Assembly: GCA_002104905.1 (NCBI GenBank) | Contig: MCFE01000079.1 | Coordinates: forward strand, 116,379 to 180,378 | Reading direction: 5' to 3' | Length of the DNA stretch: 64,000 nucleotides | DNA from: Basidiobolus meristosporus CBS 931.73 | Taxonomy: Eukaryota > Fungi > Basidiobolomycota | Shown here: positions 24,125 through 36,420 of the stretch, one piece after another | Layout of the letters: each line of letters starts with the position of its first letter | Position numbering within the stretch: the first letter of the stretch is position 1 | Program-made: the position numbers and the translations under genes | The notes under the pieces: model-generated | What the model was told of the DNA's origin: nothing | The model's database searches: none | Seen by the model: the letters and a program-made list of their open reading frames with translations, nothing else

Positions 24125-27100
24125 ATGGCACCCACTACTCCAGCTAGGAGCTCCAGAAAGTTGGTGGAGAAGAAAACTCCAAACACGACCAAGTCTAAGT
24201 TGAGCAAAGTTGTTGATCCCAGCGACCTTACCGTCGAGGAGATTCCTTCCTTGACCGAGCAATCCTTAACTCTCAACAAGGTTTCCGGCGGCTGTCTTAG
24301 TAATTATCCCCTCGTCTTCACGAAAGACTCGAAGTACGTTTCAACCCCATCTTTCTTGCCTCGCAATGGCCGTCCCCTCGAAGCAGTCGTGTGCTAACCC
24401 TAACCTTACCCATTTTCACGTGTGTAGATTTTTCTTCTGCGCAGCTTCGAATGTCATCAAGATTTACAGTGTCGAGACTGGCGAAGTAGTCAGAGTCTTG
24501 CAGGGCCACACAAAAGAAATCACCAGCCTTTTCCTCAACCCGACCAATTCTCTACAAGTACTTATTCTATCTAGCTCATAGTGGTCATGTTGAAGCGCGT
24601 ACTCACCGAATTATGTGTAGTTGTATACCGGCTCTTTGGATGGAACTATTCGCTTGTGGGACTTCAACGACGCTGTGCTTCTTAAGGTATAGCTACGTCC
24701 TGTTCGAAAGGCAATTTGCCGTCTTGGTGATTAACCTGTTCTTTGTAGACTTTCGAGGTCGGTATCCCAATCACCCACATGGTCACCAGTGAGCATGCAG
24801 CCGACTACATGTACGTGGTGGCAACCAAAGAGTCCAAGTCGTATACGGATCAGTTGAGAGCTAGTGAGTTTACGTTTCATTCTACCCTAAGCAGTCAAGA
24901 ACTTGGAAACTAATCTTTCCCTTACAGCCAGCGGTAGCAGCAAGGTGAAGAAGAACAGTGTTGTTTTCCGGTACTCTTTCAAGGGATCCATGAGAACCCG
25001 ACTTGTCAAGCTTTTCAAAACCTGGCGCTGCAACAGCATCAAGATCTCCCCCAACGGAGAGTATCTTGCCGTGGCCGGAAGAAGCAGACTCATCGTATGG
25101 AAAATCCACGAGACCGAGTTCAGTGCCCCGATGAGATATAAATCCGACTTCTTGTTGACTTGTATCGCTTTTCATCCCACCGAGCCATGCATTGCAACTG
25201 GTGATGAGAGAGGTAGAATTGTTCTCTGGTACTGCTTGAGCGAGGATACCATGGAGCGTCCTGTCACCTCTGTTATGCATTGGCACGCACACAAAGTCAA
25301 CCACATCGCTTTCACCGACGATGGCGTGTACATGGTCTCTGGTGGTGAGGAAGCTGTATTGGTTGTGTGGCAATTGCAAACCGGACACAGACAATTCCTT
25401 CCCCGTCTTGGCTCCGAGATCAAGTCTATTGTCATCAGTCCCGACCAATCTTTGTATGCAGTCGGTCACTTGGACAACTCGGTTAGAATCGTGTCCGCTG
25501 TGGACCTTTCCATCAAGCAAGCCATTCAGGGTTTGAAGTACGCCCAAATGAACCACACATCCAACCCACTCAGGACTGGCTTGATCGTCGAGCCCAAGAA
25601 CAACCACATCGTTCTCAACGGTGTTCCTGGCACAATCCAATTCTACAACCCATACACCGATCGCCATGTCATGGAGCTGGAGGTCTCTCCCCGTAACCGT
25701 GTCTCCAGAACCGACGAGAAGGAGATCATCGAGCCTCAGGTCGAACATGTTGCCTTCTCGAAGAACGGAGACTGGATGGCCACGGTCGACTCTCGAGATG
25801 ATGGGGAGAACACCCCCGAGCTGTACCTCAAGTTCTGGAAGTTCGACCCCAACACTCAAAGCTACACCATGAACACCCGTGTTGATTTCCCCCACCAAGG
25901 ACGCATCACCTCGCTTCAATTCCACCCGAGCATCCGCTCACCAATGGTGGTGACCGCTGGATCAGACAAGAAGTTCAAGGTCTGGGAGCTTCAAACTCCG
26001 GTCGATAGACGTGCCGACGTTTCCTGGGTTTGCCGCTCCGTTGGATTCTACCGCGACTCCACCCCCTACAACGCCACCTTCTCAGAGGATGGTTCTATTC
26101 TTGCTGTGTCCTACGGGCACATCATTACCCTCTGGGACCCATACACCAACACTATCCAAGGCCTGTTGTCCCATTCCCCCCACACCCGCCCAATCAAGAA
26201 ACTGGTCTTCACAAGCAACTCGCCTTTCTTGATTGCCATTACCAAGGACCACTTGTACGTGTGGAATCTGTTGAGCTGCACCATCTGGTGGAGTTGCCGT
26301 CTTGTCGTGACCAAGTTTGCCGTTGACCAGAGCAGCTCCCAGTTTGCGGTGGCAGTTGCCAACCAATACAACACCACCAGTCTGGTGGTTTTCGAGCCCA
26401 GCCAACCAATCCCTGTGTTGATTCATGAGATTCCCGACACTGTCAAATCGCTCTCGTTCTTCCCCAAGCACGCCAGTGATACGACCGAATCCAAGTTGGC
26501 CTCCAACCTGATGTTGCTCAATGGAAAATGCGACTTGCACATCCTGAGCCACACCAACATTGCACCAGTCAAGGAGCAAGCCAAGGGCTCCCTTAGCTCC
26601 ACAGTCACCAACAAATCCTACTTCTCGGATATTTTCGGTGCACGCAAGCCTGCTGAGACTACCAAGCAAGTTGACGAGCCACAGCGCAAGGTGCAAAAGA
26701 GCAAATCCGCCACCAAGACTCTCCTCAATGCTCCATCTCACGTCATCCCCCCTGTCAGCTCCCTTTATGAGTTCTATATGGACAAGATGCTGTCCAGGAT
26801 TGATCTTGAGCACGAGGAGACACCCGAGATAGAGAACAGTGAAGAGAAGGAATCGGAGAGCGAAGAGGAGGACACCATGGAGATTGACTCCGAAGTAGCC
26901 CCAGTTGCTGAGCAGCGCGAAATCAAGGCTGAATCCATCAACAACGCCGAGACCGAGTTTGACTACTTGGCCGATTTCTTCAAGATCCAACTGCAGACCC
27001 CTAAGAAAGGTAAACTCTTCTTGTGATCATTCGACCCATCCTTACACCAGTGCTAACGATATCGACCATTTCAGTCACACCTGCTCCCGTCGCGACTCCT

Positions 27101-27298
27101 GCTGTCAGCAAGGTGGTGGACTCCTCCAAGCTGAATGGCACACCAAACGGCAAGTCTGTGAAATCCACCAGAGCCAAGAGTGCAGCCACACCCAAGCCCT
27201 CGGTTCCCAGCACCCCCTCCAAAACCCCGGCCAGGAGCAAGACATCCAAAACACCTGGCAAAACGCCCGGTAGGGCAACCAGAACCCCCAGACGCTAG
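24125..27298 (+). CDS. UTP17: SSU processome WD40 protein Utp17/Nan1 (WDR75)
   Basis: PLVFTKDSKY, HWHAHKV..IAF..DG.YM.SGGEEAVLV.WQL.TG..QFLPRLG, LKFW, D.PH...IT, S.DGSILAV, HV.PPV..L..F. Confidence 0.93.
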
Positions 27299-27524
27299 TT
27301 TATTGCGGTCGAGCCCTTACATCCTCCCACCCGTTCACATATCACCGCTGTGTGCTCACATGGCTTGGTTTATTTGTGTGATTACCACTCGCTGTCTCTC
27401 TGTAAGCTCCATCATTCATTAAATAGATATATACAATAAAATTATATGTAATATTGTTTCGCCAAGTCCCTGTGTGGTTTACATCATGAATAAATGCGCC
27501 ACTAATTTATTTGTTGCATTCTGC

Positions 27525-27996
27525 TCAAGAGTAGTAGAGTTCAATGCTCATACCGTCGTGGATCTCGTCTGCAAAAGCAAAAATGGAGTTAAGGAATGTC
27601 CAGCTGTGAACACAATTTGGTCTCAAGTAGAGTGGGTCAACCGGTGAAAAGGATACAGTCTTCGAGGGTAATGTGATCCTTGAATATGTTGTACCACTTC
27701 TTCAATACGATCTTTCGATAATCGGTACCGGTCTGGGCGGCAATCAACTTCTTCAAATCGCCTATAGTATCGTCGGGGCTAAACCAAACGGGATCCGTCA
27801 GTGGTGCACCAAGAGATGGACCGTGCAAAGGAAAAGCCGAAGGGGAATTGGGTGGCTCGGACTGGACCAACTTACTTGCACTTCACGCGGACCTTCTTTC
27901 CCAATCTGGAGAAGACAAGGCTTCGGGTTAGAGAAATCGAGAAATATAGCCAAGTGGAAGGAGGACGTACCTGTCGTTACAAATCACCTCAATCAT
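27525..27996 (-). CDS. HUB1: Ubiquitin-like protein Hub1/UBL5, multi-exon
   Basis: [34 protein letters not shown]...[32 protein letters not shown]. Confidence 0.95.
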
Positions 27997-28276
27997 ACTG
28001 ACAAGTAAAGATGTGTTGGTCACCGGCCGGTAGGGGAGTTATTATGGTTGAGTGGAATTTTTTTTGACTCGTGTGGGCATTGGGTTTGGCAATAGTGATC
28101 AATCGTGCGCAACATATCGGATTTTATTAGGAATATTGGGAAATATATGAGATGATAGAATATACAATTTACGATTTCTACGTATTCTGCAGCGTCGCAA
28201 TAGCTCCGAACTACATGGATGAGAGGTAGCTACCAGATACCGCCACACCTGAGCAATTCCCACTCGAGGTCTGGCG

Positions 28277-29108
28277 TTAAAGCCGCTTGATGGCCCGTTT
28301 TTTCTCCCATCTCTTTTCCTTCGCTTCGCCACCTCTTTTGCGACTCCCCACCCCTTCTTCAGAGTAGGAGGTGCGGCACGCATAGAACTCCGTCATTATC
28401 TTGGCGCGTTTGGCATAGTCCTCATAATTGTCCAGAAACAACTCGCCGGCCTCTTCGTTCATGACTGATTCGAGGTTCGGCTGAATCAACAGGCTGCGCA
28501 GAGTCTAAACCGGAAGCTGGTGAATAGGGAAGTTTGCAAACAGCTTGAAGAGTCACAGTATACGTACCATCAACACATGGCTGATACCGAGATCTGGATG
28601 CCAGCCGTGGTTCAGGGTGCTTCCACACACCTCTCCAGTAAGGGAGATGTTTGGATGAAAAATTTTGGTCAAGAAATAGCCTAATAACGAGGAGCTTAGT
28701 CCTCCTGAACTTGTATGCAACAGTAAAAGTAAACAAAGTACTAACATTTGGGCGGTACCCGTGGAAATTCGTTGGTGAAAGCTAGCTTCACCCGAAACGC
28801 TCCATTTGCGTAAGGGGTTCCAGCTGAAATAAAGAAGGGGGAAAGTTAGGCTCGATGTGGCGGAGCTTGGTTTCTCTAGTGAGTGCACTTACTTGAGCCA
28901 TATATCCAGGCCTGAAGGTCAAAAAGATTGTTTTCGTTAATGATAATTCGCACATCTTGAATCGGATGGACGTACAAATAATGCAACTCGCGGATAATCT
29001 GTCTTACGGCGTCAGGTGAATGGGTTTCCTCAACTGGCTGTGGAGTACAACAGAACCATTAGTGACCGAACAAGGAGCAGCCAAATCCCCTCGTCACAAA
29101 CTTACCAT
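28277..29108 (-). CDS. UBE2S: Ubiquitin-conjugating enzyme E2 S-like, multi-exon
   Basis: [61 protein letters not shown]-terminal KKRAIKRL tail. Confidence 0.82.
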
Positions 29109-29433
29109 GTTGGAATGCGAATAAAGTCAACCTTTCCTAGAGAAGTACTATGGAGTTCAAGCTTCAACCTTGGGTGTCCGTGTCTCTCTCGATTGTTGTT
29201 TATCCTGTTATGCTGTGTATGAAAACGAATGTGGTCAGAGCTAACTGGCACTTTGCGCTTGGTGGAGAGTATTTATAGCGCATACGGGCGAAATCAAATC
29301 AAACTTGTCAATGTTGATTGCTCTAAATATTGACTAAAAATCAGCCAAGTTATCCAGGCTTGCTGCGCCTTCATGAGTTTCTTAGTTATAAGAGTGAAAG
29401 TTTATTTTCAGGAGGGTTTAGCACGCAGAGAAT

Positions 29434-29859
29434 TTATTTTTTGGCAACTTGGGCACTGATACGGTCAAGATCACGTTGGCCATCTTGAGTAAGCTTACGA
29501 CCACCGTTGGGAGCCTTCTCGATGATGTTGATCTTTTCCAAAGCTTGGAGAACCTTACGGGCAACGGAGCCGGAACCGTCGGCGTGGTGGGATGGGCAGG
29601 TACCGCGGTTCTTGCGTCCACCATGAAGTCTTCTCAAATGTCCAACACCAACGGTCTTGTGGAGGTAGACGTGGCGGGCAACAGAGGCAGCTCTGATGAA
29701 GAACCAGTCTTGGTCATAGGGACCCAACTCCTTGTAGGTAGCGGTCTTGGCGAGGTCGACCCACTTGGGGACATCGAGTTTGCCGGAACGCTTCAAGTGA
29801 GCAGCGTAGGCCTTGATGAATTGGTGGGAGTTAACGTCCTTAACGGTGATGCCGGCCAT
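29434..29859 (-). CDS. RPS19: 40S ribosomal protein S19 (eS19)
   Basis: GITVKDV...YAAHLKRSGKL.VPKWVD.AKT..YKELGPYD.DWF.IRAAS.ARH; AG directly before the ATG suggests a 5' UTR intron. Confidence 0.97.
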   Translation of the reverse strand: MAGITVKDVNSHQFIKAYAAHLKRSGKLDVPKWVDLAKTATYKELGPYDQDWFFIRAASVARHVYLHKTVGVGHLRRLHGGRKNRGTCPSHHADGSGSVARKVLQALEKINIIEKAPNGGRKLTQDGQRDLDRISAQVAKK

Positions 29860-30358
29860 CTAGATGAAATACGCAGGTTTAGTAAGTTGTTGGAGTGCGT
29901 GGGGTGCGGCCAGAGTCGATAGTTGGTTGGGGTGTTGAGTAGAGACGTTTGCGCCCGAATCGATAGTAATTTCATGATTGATGGATTGTAGCCGTAGAGC
30001 AACACAACTAACTCTCTTTAACCTCACTATAGAAAACACTGGATCATTACGAACCTTGAAATTCGTCCGTTCGAGGAAAAAGAGGGAATTTTTCCATATG
30101 GGTCTGACTCCTTATACCACGAAAAAAAAGGGATTTTGGAAGATCTGAACCGGGGTGACGGGTGCGATTCCGTTCAACGCGCGGAGCCCCTGCTCAAGCG
30201 CTTTGAGTGGACTATGCTCCACACCCTGGTCGGGTGGGCTCCGTTTGGCACACCCCAAAACCTCGACTTATGATTTCCGAAAATTTATCTTCAGCAGTGG
30301 AGGTGATTTATATTTTCCAACCTTCACAGCTGGTGAGTAACTTTCCTGCCCTTACATC

Positions 30359-30761
30359 ATGCTCAGATACACTTCACTTCGTCCTGCTGGCCGCTCCATC
30401 TTCGCTGCCACTTCCTTCGCTCCTCGCTTCTACTCTGCTGGCGCTCTCTCCCATGGCGACATTCAAAGCAGAATCTTGGATGTCTTGAAGGGTTACGACA
30501 AAGTTGATCAATCCAAGGTAACAGCGAATCCCCTTCACTGCAGTCGCACCTAGGATACTCACGCTCTTTCGTTGCTTGATATAGCTCAACGCCCAATCCC
30601 ACTTCAACAAAGACTTGGGTCTTGACAGCTTGGACACTGTTGAAGTTGTTATGGCCATCGAGGAAGAGTTCTCCGTTGAGATTCCCGACAAGGATGCTGA
30701 TGAGATCAAGACCGTTGCTCAGGCCATTGAGTACATTGGCAAGCGTGAAGACGCTCACTAA
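30359..30761 (+). CDS. ACP1: Mitochondrial acyl carrier protein, 2 exons
   Basis: Arg/Ser-rich presequence; phosphopantetheine motif [25 protein letters not shown]. Confidence 0.96.
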
Positions 30762-31815
30762 ATCCATTTCTAAGTAGCATCAATCTCACTCACTTGGTTT
30801 CATTCTTCATTATTATACAATTTACGAAAGTATTTGTCGTTTTATACACAATAAAGGACAAATTGCACATTGCGGAAATTGGAGAGTTCCTTTCCAAGTG
30901 GACGACGAAGAGGAGCTGCACCATCTCCAATCGCCGTATGCTTGGCCTTCAGCACTGACTGAATGGGCAAATTCGTATCATCCACTGGGATCTTTGCCTC
31001 TCAACACCCGATCCAGGTAAAAAATGGCCGCCTAATCGCAGCGAGGGGATGCAAATTTTCGTCATGATCGAGTTGACGCAGTCGCTTGGCTTCCTAGTGT
31101 TTCATTGACGAGAGCGTCACATAGGTTGTTTCGCCTCATCCAGTGTACCAATCCAGATTAGGAATTTGAGTTGAGACCTCCACCCAATAATGTGGTAGAT
31201 CTGCCAAGAGATCTCACGAGACTGGAACGTGCAGCCAGAATGACTAATTTGAAACATCATCTGTTGATTGTTTTGGAACATAGGTGCCCAGGATGATGGG
31301 CTTGCTGAATCAAAAGACAAGGTGCCGCTACATCTGATTTGCGTTAGCATAAACAACGTATATTTGCGAGATGAATCGACGTGTATTCTCCATTGGTTGG
31401 GCGTGGGCTTGGGAGGCCGCGGGACGCTGTATTTGGCGGACCCTCCATTTATCGCCTGGAGAGACATGCCGACCCATTATTTGCTAGCAACCTTAATTGG
31501 CCAGACGCACACCATCATCCGGTTTATTGGATGGTCTTAGTTCTACTTGGTTCTTGAAGAGTGCGGTATCTTTTGAAGTGCCACCACCGTGGCACGTGTG
31601 CTCCACACGTGTTACACTTCACATGCAAGAATGGAAATGCACTTTGTAAAATAGCATTAGCTAATAAACCTCGCCAATGGGCCAGGTTGGGGTTCGTTAC
31701 TCCCGAATAAATTCGACGGATCCTCCAACAATTACCAGTTTTCGATTAGTTTTCAATCCACCTCTTTCTTACTTCTTCCTTTAGAAGACTGCAACAGCCG
31801 GAAAGCCCTACTGAC

Positions 31816-32671
31816 ATGGCAATCCCCATCAGCAAGATCATCACATATGGCAAGCTTGATCTAATGATTGCTACCAGTGCTTTGCCTATCGCGCTTAGCA
31901 ACACATACCATGCTGTCCACATGGCACTACAAGAGTCCCCGATGATATTCAAACTCAACTTAGTTCAGTCGATGCTGCTTTTGTTCAACGAGATAGTCGC
32001 ACTGTCAGGGTTCTTCAAGTCCTCACGTAACTGCACCACCCTGGCTTACATCTACCTTATCAATGCCTACTTTTCACTACTGTCGATCAACATCATTCTG
32101 TACTATAAGACCTACTACACCACCAAGGCAAACAAGCTGTTGGGCTATTTATGCGTAGTTCTCCAGATCGTTGAGACCTTCTGCCTGGTCCAGGTGTTCA
32201 TCAACTCGGAATTCATCAATGGTCTTATCGGAGGGTGTATTCTTTCGTTCCCTATATACTGGGCGTTGGGCTTGACCGGCTCGGTTACCAGTGTTATCAT
32301 TATCCTCACCCTACTATTTATCATTGGGATCCGGCGACATGCCGAGTTTCGGAAACTTGGCCTCTATACGTCCCTGCTGCACGAGGGGATCTTCTTCTTC
32401 CTTACCATCCTGTGCATGGATGTTGCTCTAGCGGTCCTTGTGTCCTTGCAGGATATCTACTCGGGGAATGTGCTGCACTTTGGATGTAAGTATTCGCCTT
32501 GACTATTGCCTTACCGCACCAAGCTGAGCTAACCTTACTGTAGGGATCATCAAGTCCAAGCTTATGACCGAACTTATGCTACGTGCCCACAGGCGTCGCC
32601 AGGAGCGGCGCCGTTCTCGAAGCGGCCAAACCAATGCCGACCAGGAGTTATCCCACATATCACTTAACTAA
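31816..32671 (+). CDS. Seven-transmembrane GPCR-like protein 1, 2 exons
   Basis: Seven hydrophobic segments, Cys at top of TM3 (RNC) and in ECL2 (GGC), LLHEGIFFF before TM6; intron 32488-32542. Confidence 0.7.
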
Positions 32672-33976
32672 AAGGATTGCGTTCAGTGCAATAACAATAT
32701 AATTCCCGCATCAATGGATTAAATCAATAGCCGAAGGTTCATTATGGCCCCGGTTTCCACTGTATCAAACCCTGACCTAGTGTCAACCCTTATGCTGACG
32801 GTGTAGATGTCATGTAATCAATGTTCAAACCATTCAAATAAAACTCTATATATTGTAAAGCATTGATTGCCGATTACACAGCAGAGAAAACACTCCATCA
32901 CGATAAAACGTAGCCTGTTATTAGAGTTGTTAGGTATGACAAATATTCCGGTTGATTGAACAAGCACCGAGCCAACGAAAGGGGAAATGCAGCTCTCACA
33001 CTTCAATGGTTAGCCACCCATTTGTGATTTTCACATTTGGTGCTTTATGGAAACAGGAAAGCGGGGATCCCTTGAGAGAGAAATTCAAGCAAACAGGAAG
33101 GTGGGGATCCTTCGAGAGAGAAATGCTCCCAACGAACCCAAGTCCGGGTAAATCTCCTCCCTTCATTGGGAGCTTAAAGTGGTGGATAAACATTGAGGCA
33201 ATCCTAATTTCTTTAGGATTTACCTGGCTGTTGGCCACTCATATGGCCGTTGACTCATGCGCCGGTGGGATGGTCGAGTCAATGATGTTTCTCTTTATCC
33301 CGTGACCAGTGGTTTCAGGTCGATCGCCATGAATATTGGATCGTCCCGAGTTGAATCGCTAGAGTGGAGAGGCTTTGAACCATTGCACTCGAAAATATTC
33401 CCGATGGGCCAGGTACTGTTATGACGAAATACATGATCTCTATATCTGGCATCGTGTTAGTGCCAGCTTGCATAGTCATCTGAATGCCGTGTTACGAGCC
33501 CGCCTGCCTCTATTGGCTGACTATTTCGGTGCTTCCGATTGTTACTTCATTGGTAAGGAAATGTACATGAATGTTGTAAACATCTATACATTCCATTCTA
33601 AGCAGGGCAAACGGGTTATGGAGCTCAGAATGAACTGTGAAGCTGTGCGATGTTACCGCAGGTGAGATTCATGCAGAGAAGATACAGTGGCCAGATGAAT
33701 AAGAATATAAAGAGAAAAAACCTCCCAGCCAAGGCAATGGGACTTTCCTCCCCAAAAGCTTTCATGAACCTGTCTTTATCTGATACATATTGGGCAGTAC
33801 CACAAGTTTAGGTTGCTCACATTCCTCCTGAGTAACCGCGCTGTCTGGGAAAACATGATGGCTACTTCAAATATAAAAAGTACTCGAACGGTGATTTGTG
33901 AGGTTGGTTGCCAATATCCCCAATCCATTTTATCAATCCGCAGTTTGAATTCGATTGCTGTCCAGTCGACGTTTTT

Positions 33977-34983
33977 ATGGATTCTCGAAACCCTCTGAAT
34001 ACCGACTCCCTTTTCGAGGATTGCATCCCGCTGATGGCCACTGCTGTAGCAATCCCCATTGCGGCCAGCGGTGTGTATCAGTCGTTGAGGATGGCCTACT
34101 ATCGTCGGACGGCCACCCATATGATGTCGGTTCTGTCGATGATATTGTTGGCAGTATTCACCTTCATGTCAGTCATTGAGATTTTTTCACAACAGATTGG
34201 TTGTGATAGGATATTTGATCTATTTGAAGTGACTTGGTATATCTCTTCCCTACTCATGGACATAGTTATCTTTCTACGGGTCTATCGCTCCGGGCTCTTG
34301 TCCAAAATCATCGCAGCCCTGTTGCTAGTGTCTCAAGCTAGCAAAGCCTTCCTCGCAGTTAAAACCATTCTCCTGGCCGAGCCCTCCCAGAATCAAGTGG
34401 GCCTATGCAAATTCACCGTGGACGTCCCGTATTCACTAGGAGTAATCGGGGTTGAAACCCTCTGCATGCTACTCCTCTCTATCTTAGTGGTTCAAGAGAT
34501 GCATCGCCGTCGGACCAAGGAACATCTTGACTGGTTAACCACAGTGATTGACGACGGAATATTCTATTTGCTGGGCGTGGCCATTACTCAAGTGGTTGTC
34601 ACGGTGATTGTGTCTTGGAATCGCTGGCCACTCGAGTTCTGGATTTTCCAATACCTGTCATGTAAGTGTATGTTTCTTCACAGACGGGCTTTGTTTCCAG
34701 GACTAACCTGTTTCCGGTAGGGCTGGTGATTGCGAAATTCCTAATGGAGCAGCTGGAGATTCATCGAGCTGCTGTTCTAACCACCCGAGCTGGTACAATG
34801 ACGGGTAAGCCAGCGGGCCCGCCACCACACTTGAATGAACTAAGACCATCCTCGGAGGATGGCATTTCACTAAAAAGGCACAGTTCAGACAAAAGCAGGC
34901 TAGTCTACCCTAATCTTGCCGCACCATGGCCAGACAAAAATGTTTCTAGCCCTGAAATTATCCTTCACACACACGCAACTTAA
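33977..34983 (+). CDS. Seven-transmembrane GPCR-like protein 2, paralogue of the previous gene
   Basis: Same topology, Cys pair (IGC / GLC), VIDDGIFYL, intron at the equivalent position in TM7 (T|GG Trp codon). Confidence 0.7.
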
Positions 34984-36420
34984 TCCATCCTATTGTATAA
35001 TTCTTGTGTATATAGCATCGAGCGAGTCAACGTGTTCTAAACCAGTGAACATGTTTGGGCCAAAATTCGTTTTTCATTAAATATATATTCCGGTGGTATT
35101 GGTCTAGAGTTGCCCTAACTTGGCTTAGTGTCGAATCAAAGTCATTGCCCGGATAGAATGTTGGGGGATTCTAACATTGTGGTGCAAAACTGTACGACCT
35201 GGTTGTAGTTAGGTTAATTGATGCTACAGTTGTTCCTCTATCTTTAACTTGTATACACAACATACAGGTGGTTGGTTCATCAATAATCTCCACAACTTAC
35301 CCATCAATAATTGCCACTCATTGACTATATCTGGTATTGGCAACAGACCATTGATGAGTGGTGATTAGGTCAGTCGATGTCTTGCGCGCACAAGATAACT
35401 ACTCCCAACCTCTGTTGCATGACATTCTTGGTGAACATCGTATATCGGAATTATGGAAACATTGAGAAGTACCAATATGTTCCCACTGTCCCCAAATGTT
35501 GCATACATTTTTTATGACAACACTGCTGAATTTTACCAAGTTCCGAAACGTTATAAATATAATTTATCCTGGTATCGCAACTGCTCGTATGGTAGTTTCA
35601 AGTGCTATTTTGAGTTTCTCGACTCTTAATGCATAGATAAATAACTTAACAACTCCAGCCATTGCAGTCAGACGAGAGAACAGTAATGCTATTGTAAGGA
35701 GTCTCTGCTAACATCCTGGCAGAGAAACAATGAAATAAGCATTCGTACTGACACCAGGGAGAATATAGTAATAAAGCCTGAATTATATTTTTACTAAATC
35801 AAGAGACCACCTAGATCATGCAATACCAACAAGAAACCGCCACCATTGCCACAGAAGCCCCAACTATATTTGGAAACTTCCGATTCTCTTCAATACAAGG
35901 CAAGACCTGGTCAATAACACACGCTCTGTGGAAACCACACAGTACCAATCTTCCCACCTCCCCCACACACTATGACTGTGTTATGGCAACAGGGAAATGA
36001 AGCAAACGTAGCGTCACATAATCCACACAATAAGTCATTTAAACTAGAGATGATACGCTGTTTATTATGAATAACGAGCATCTCATAGTAGAAATTCTAT
36101 TTATTGTAAATAATGTGCATGGTTGTGGTCATGTGGGGAAAGGAATTAGCGGCTGTAAACACTTGGGATGCAGGAAACACAGTTTAAGAATCTAGATTTC
36201 ATTCCCAATATTACGTAACCGCCGGTTTCGCCAACCCTAGGGCGCAGATGGATGAGTGATTGGTACATCGCATGGAATTTGGCGAGATCGCCATTCGGCT
36301 TATGAAAGTCATCCTCAGAATTGTCAATAATGTTGGTTGGGCCACGGAGAATTGTTGTGCCATAAATGGTATCTGTATATATATATTCGTATCGTGGTCA
36401 TTGAAGCTCACCTTTTCAAG

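Noticed and set aside
24882-26990. Long antisense ORFs (347 and 302 aa) opposite UTP17, and similar ORFs opposite RPL19, RPS18, RPS19, ACP1 and ADH
   Set aside because: Shadow frames caused by strong codon bias in the real genes; no recognisable protein features
36337-36420. N-terminal extension of ADH from the upstream in-frame ATG
   Set aside because: A TATA-like run lies downstream of that ATG, and homology to ADH starts at MCQIPKTQKA (36421)
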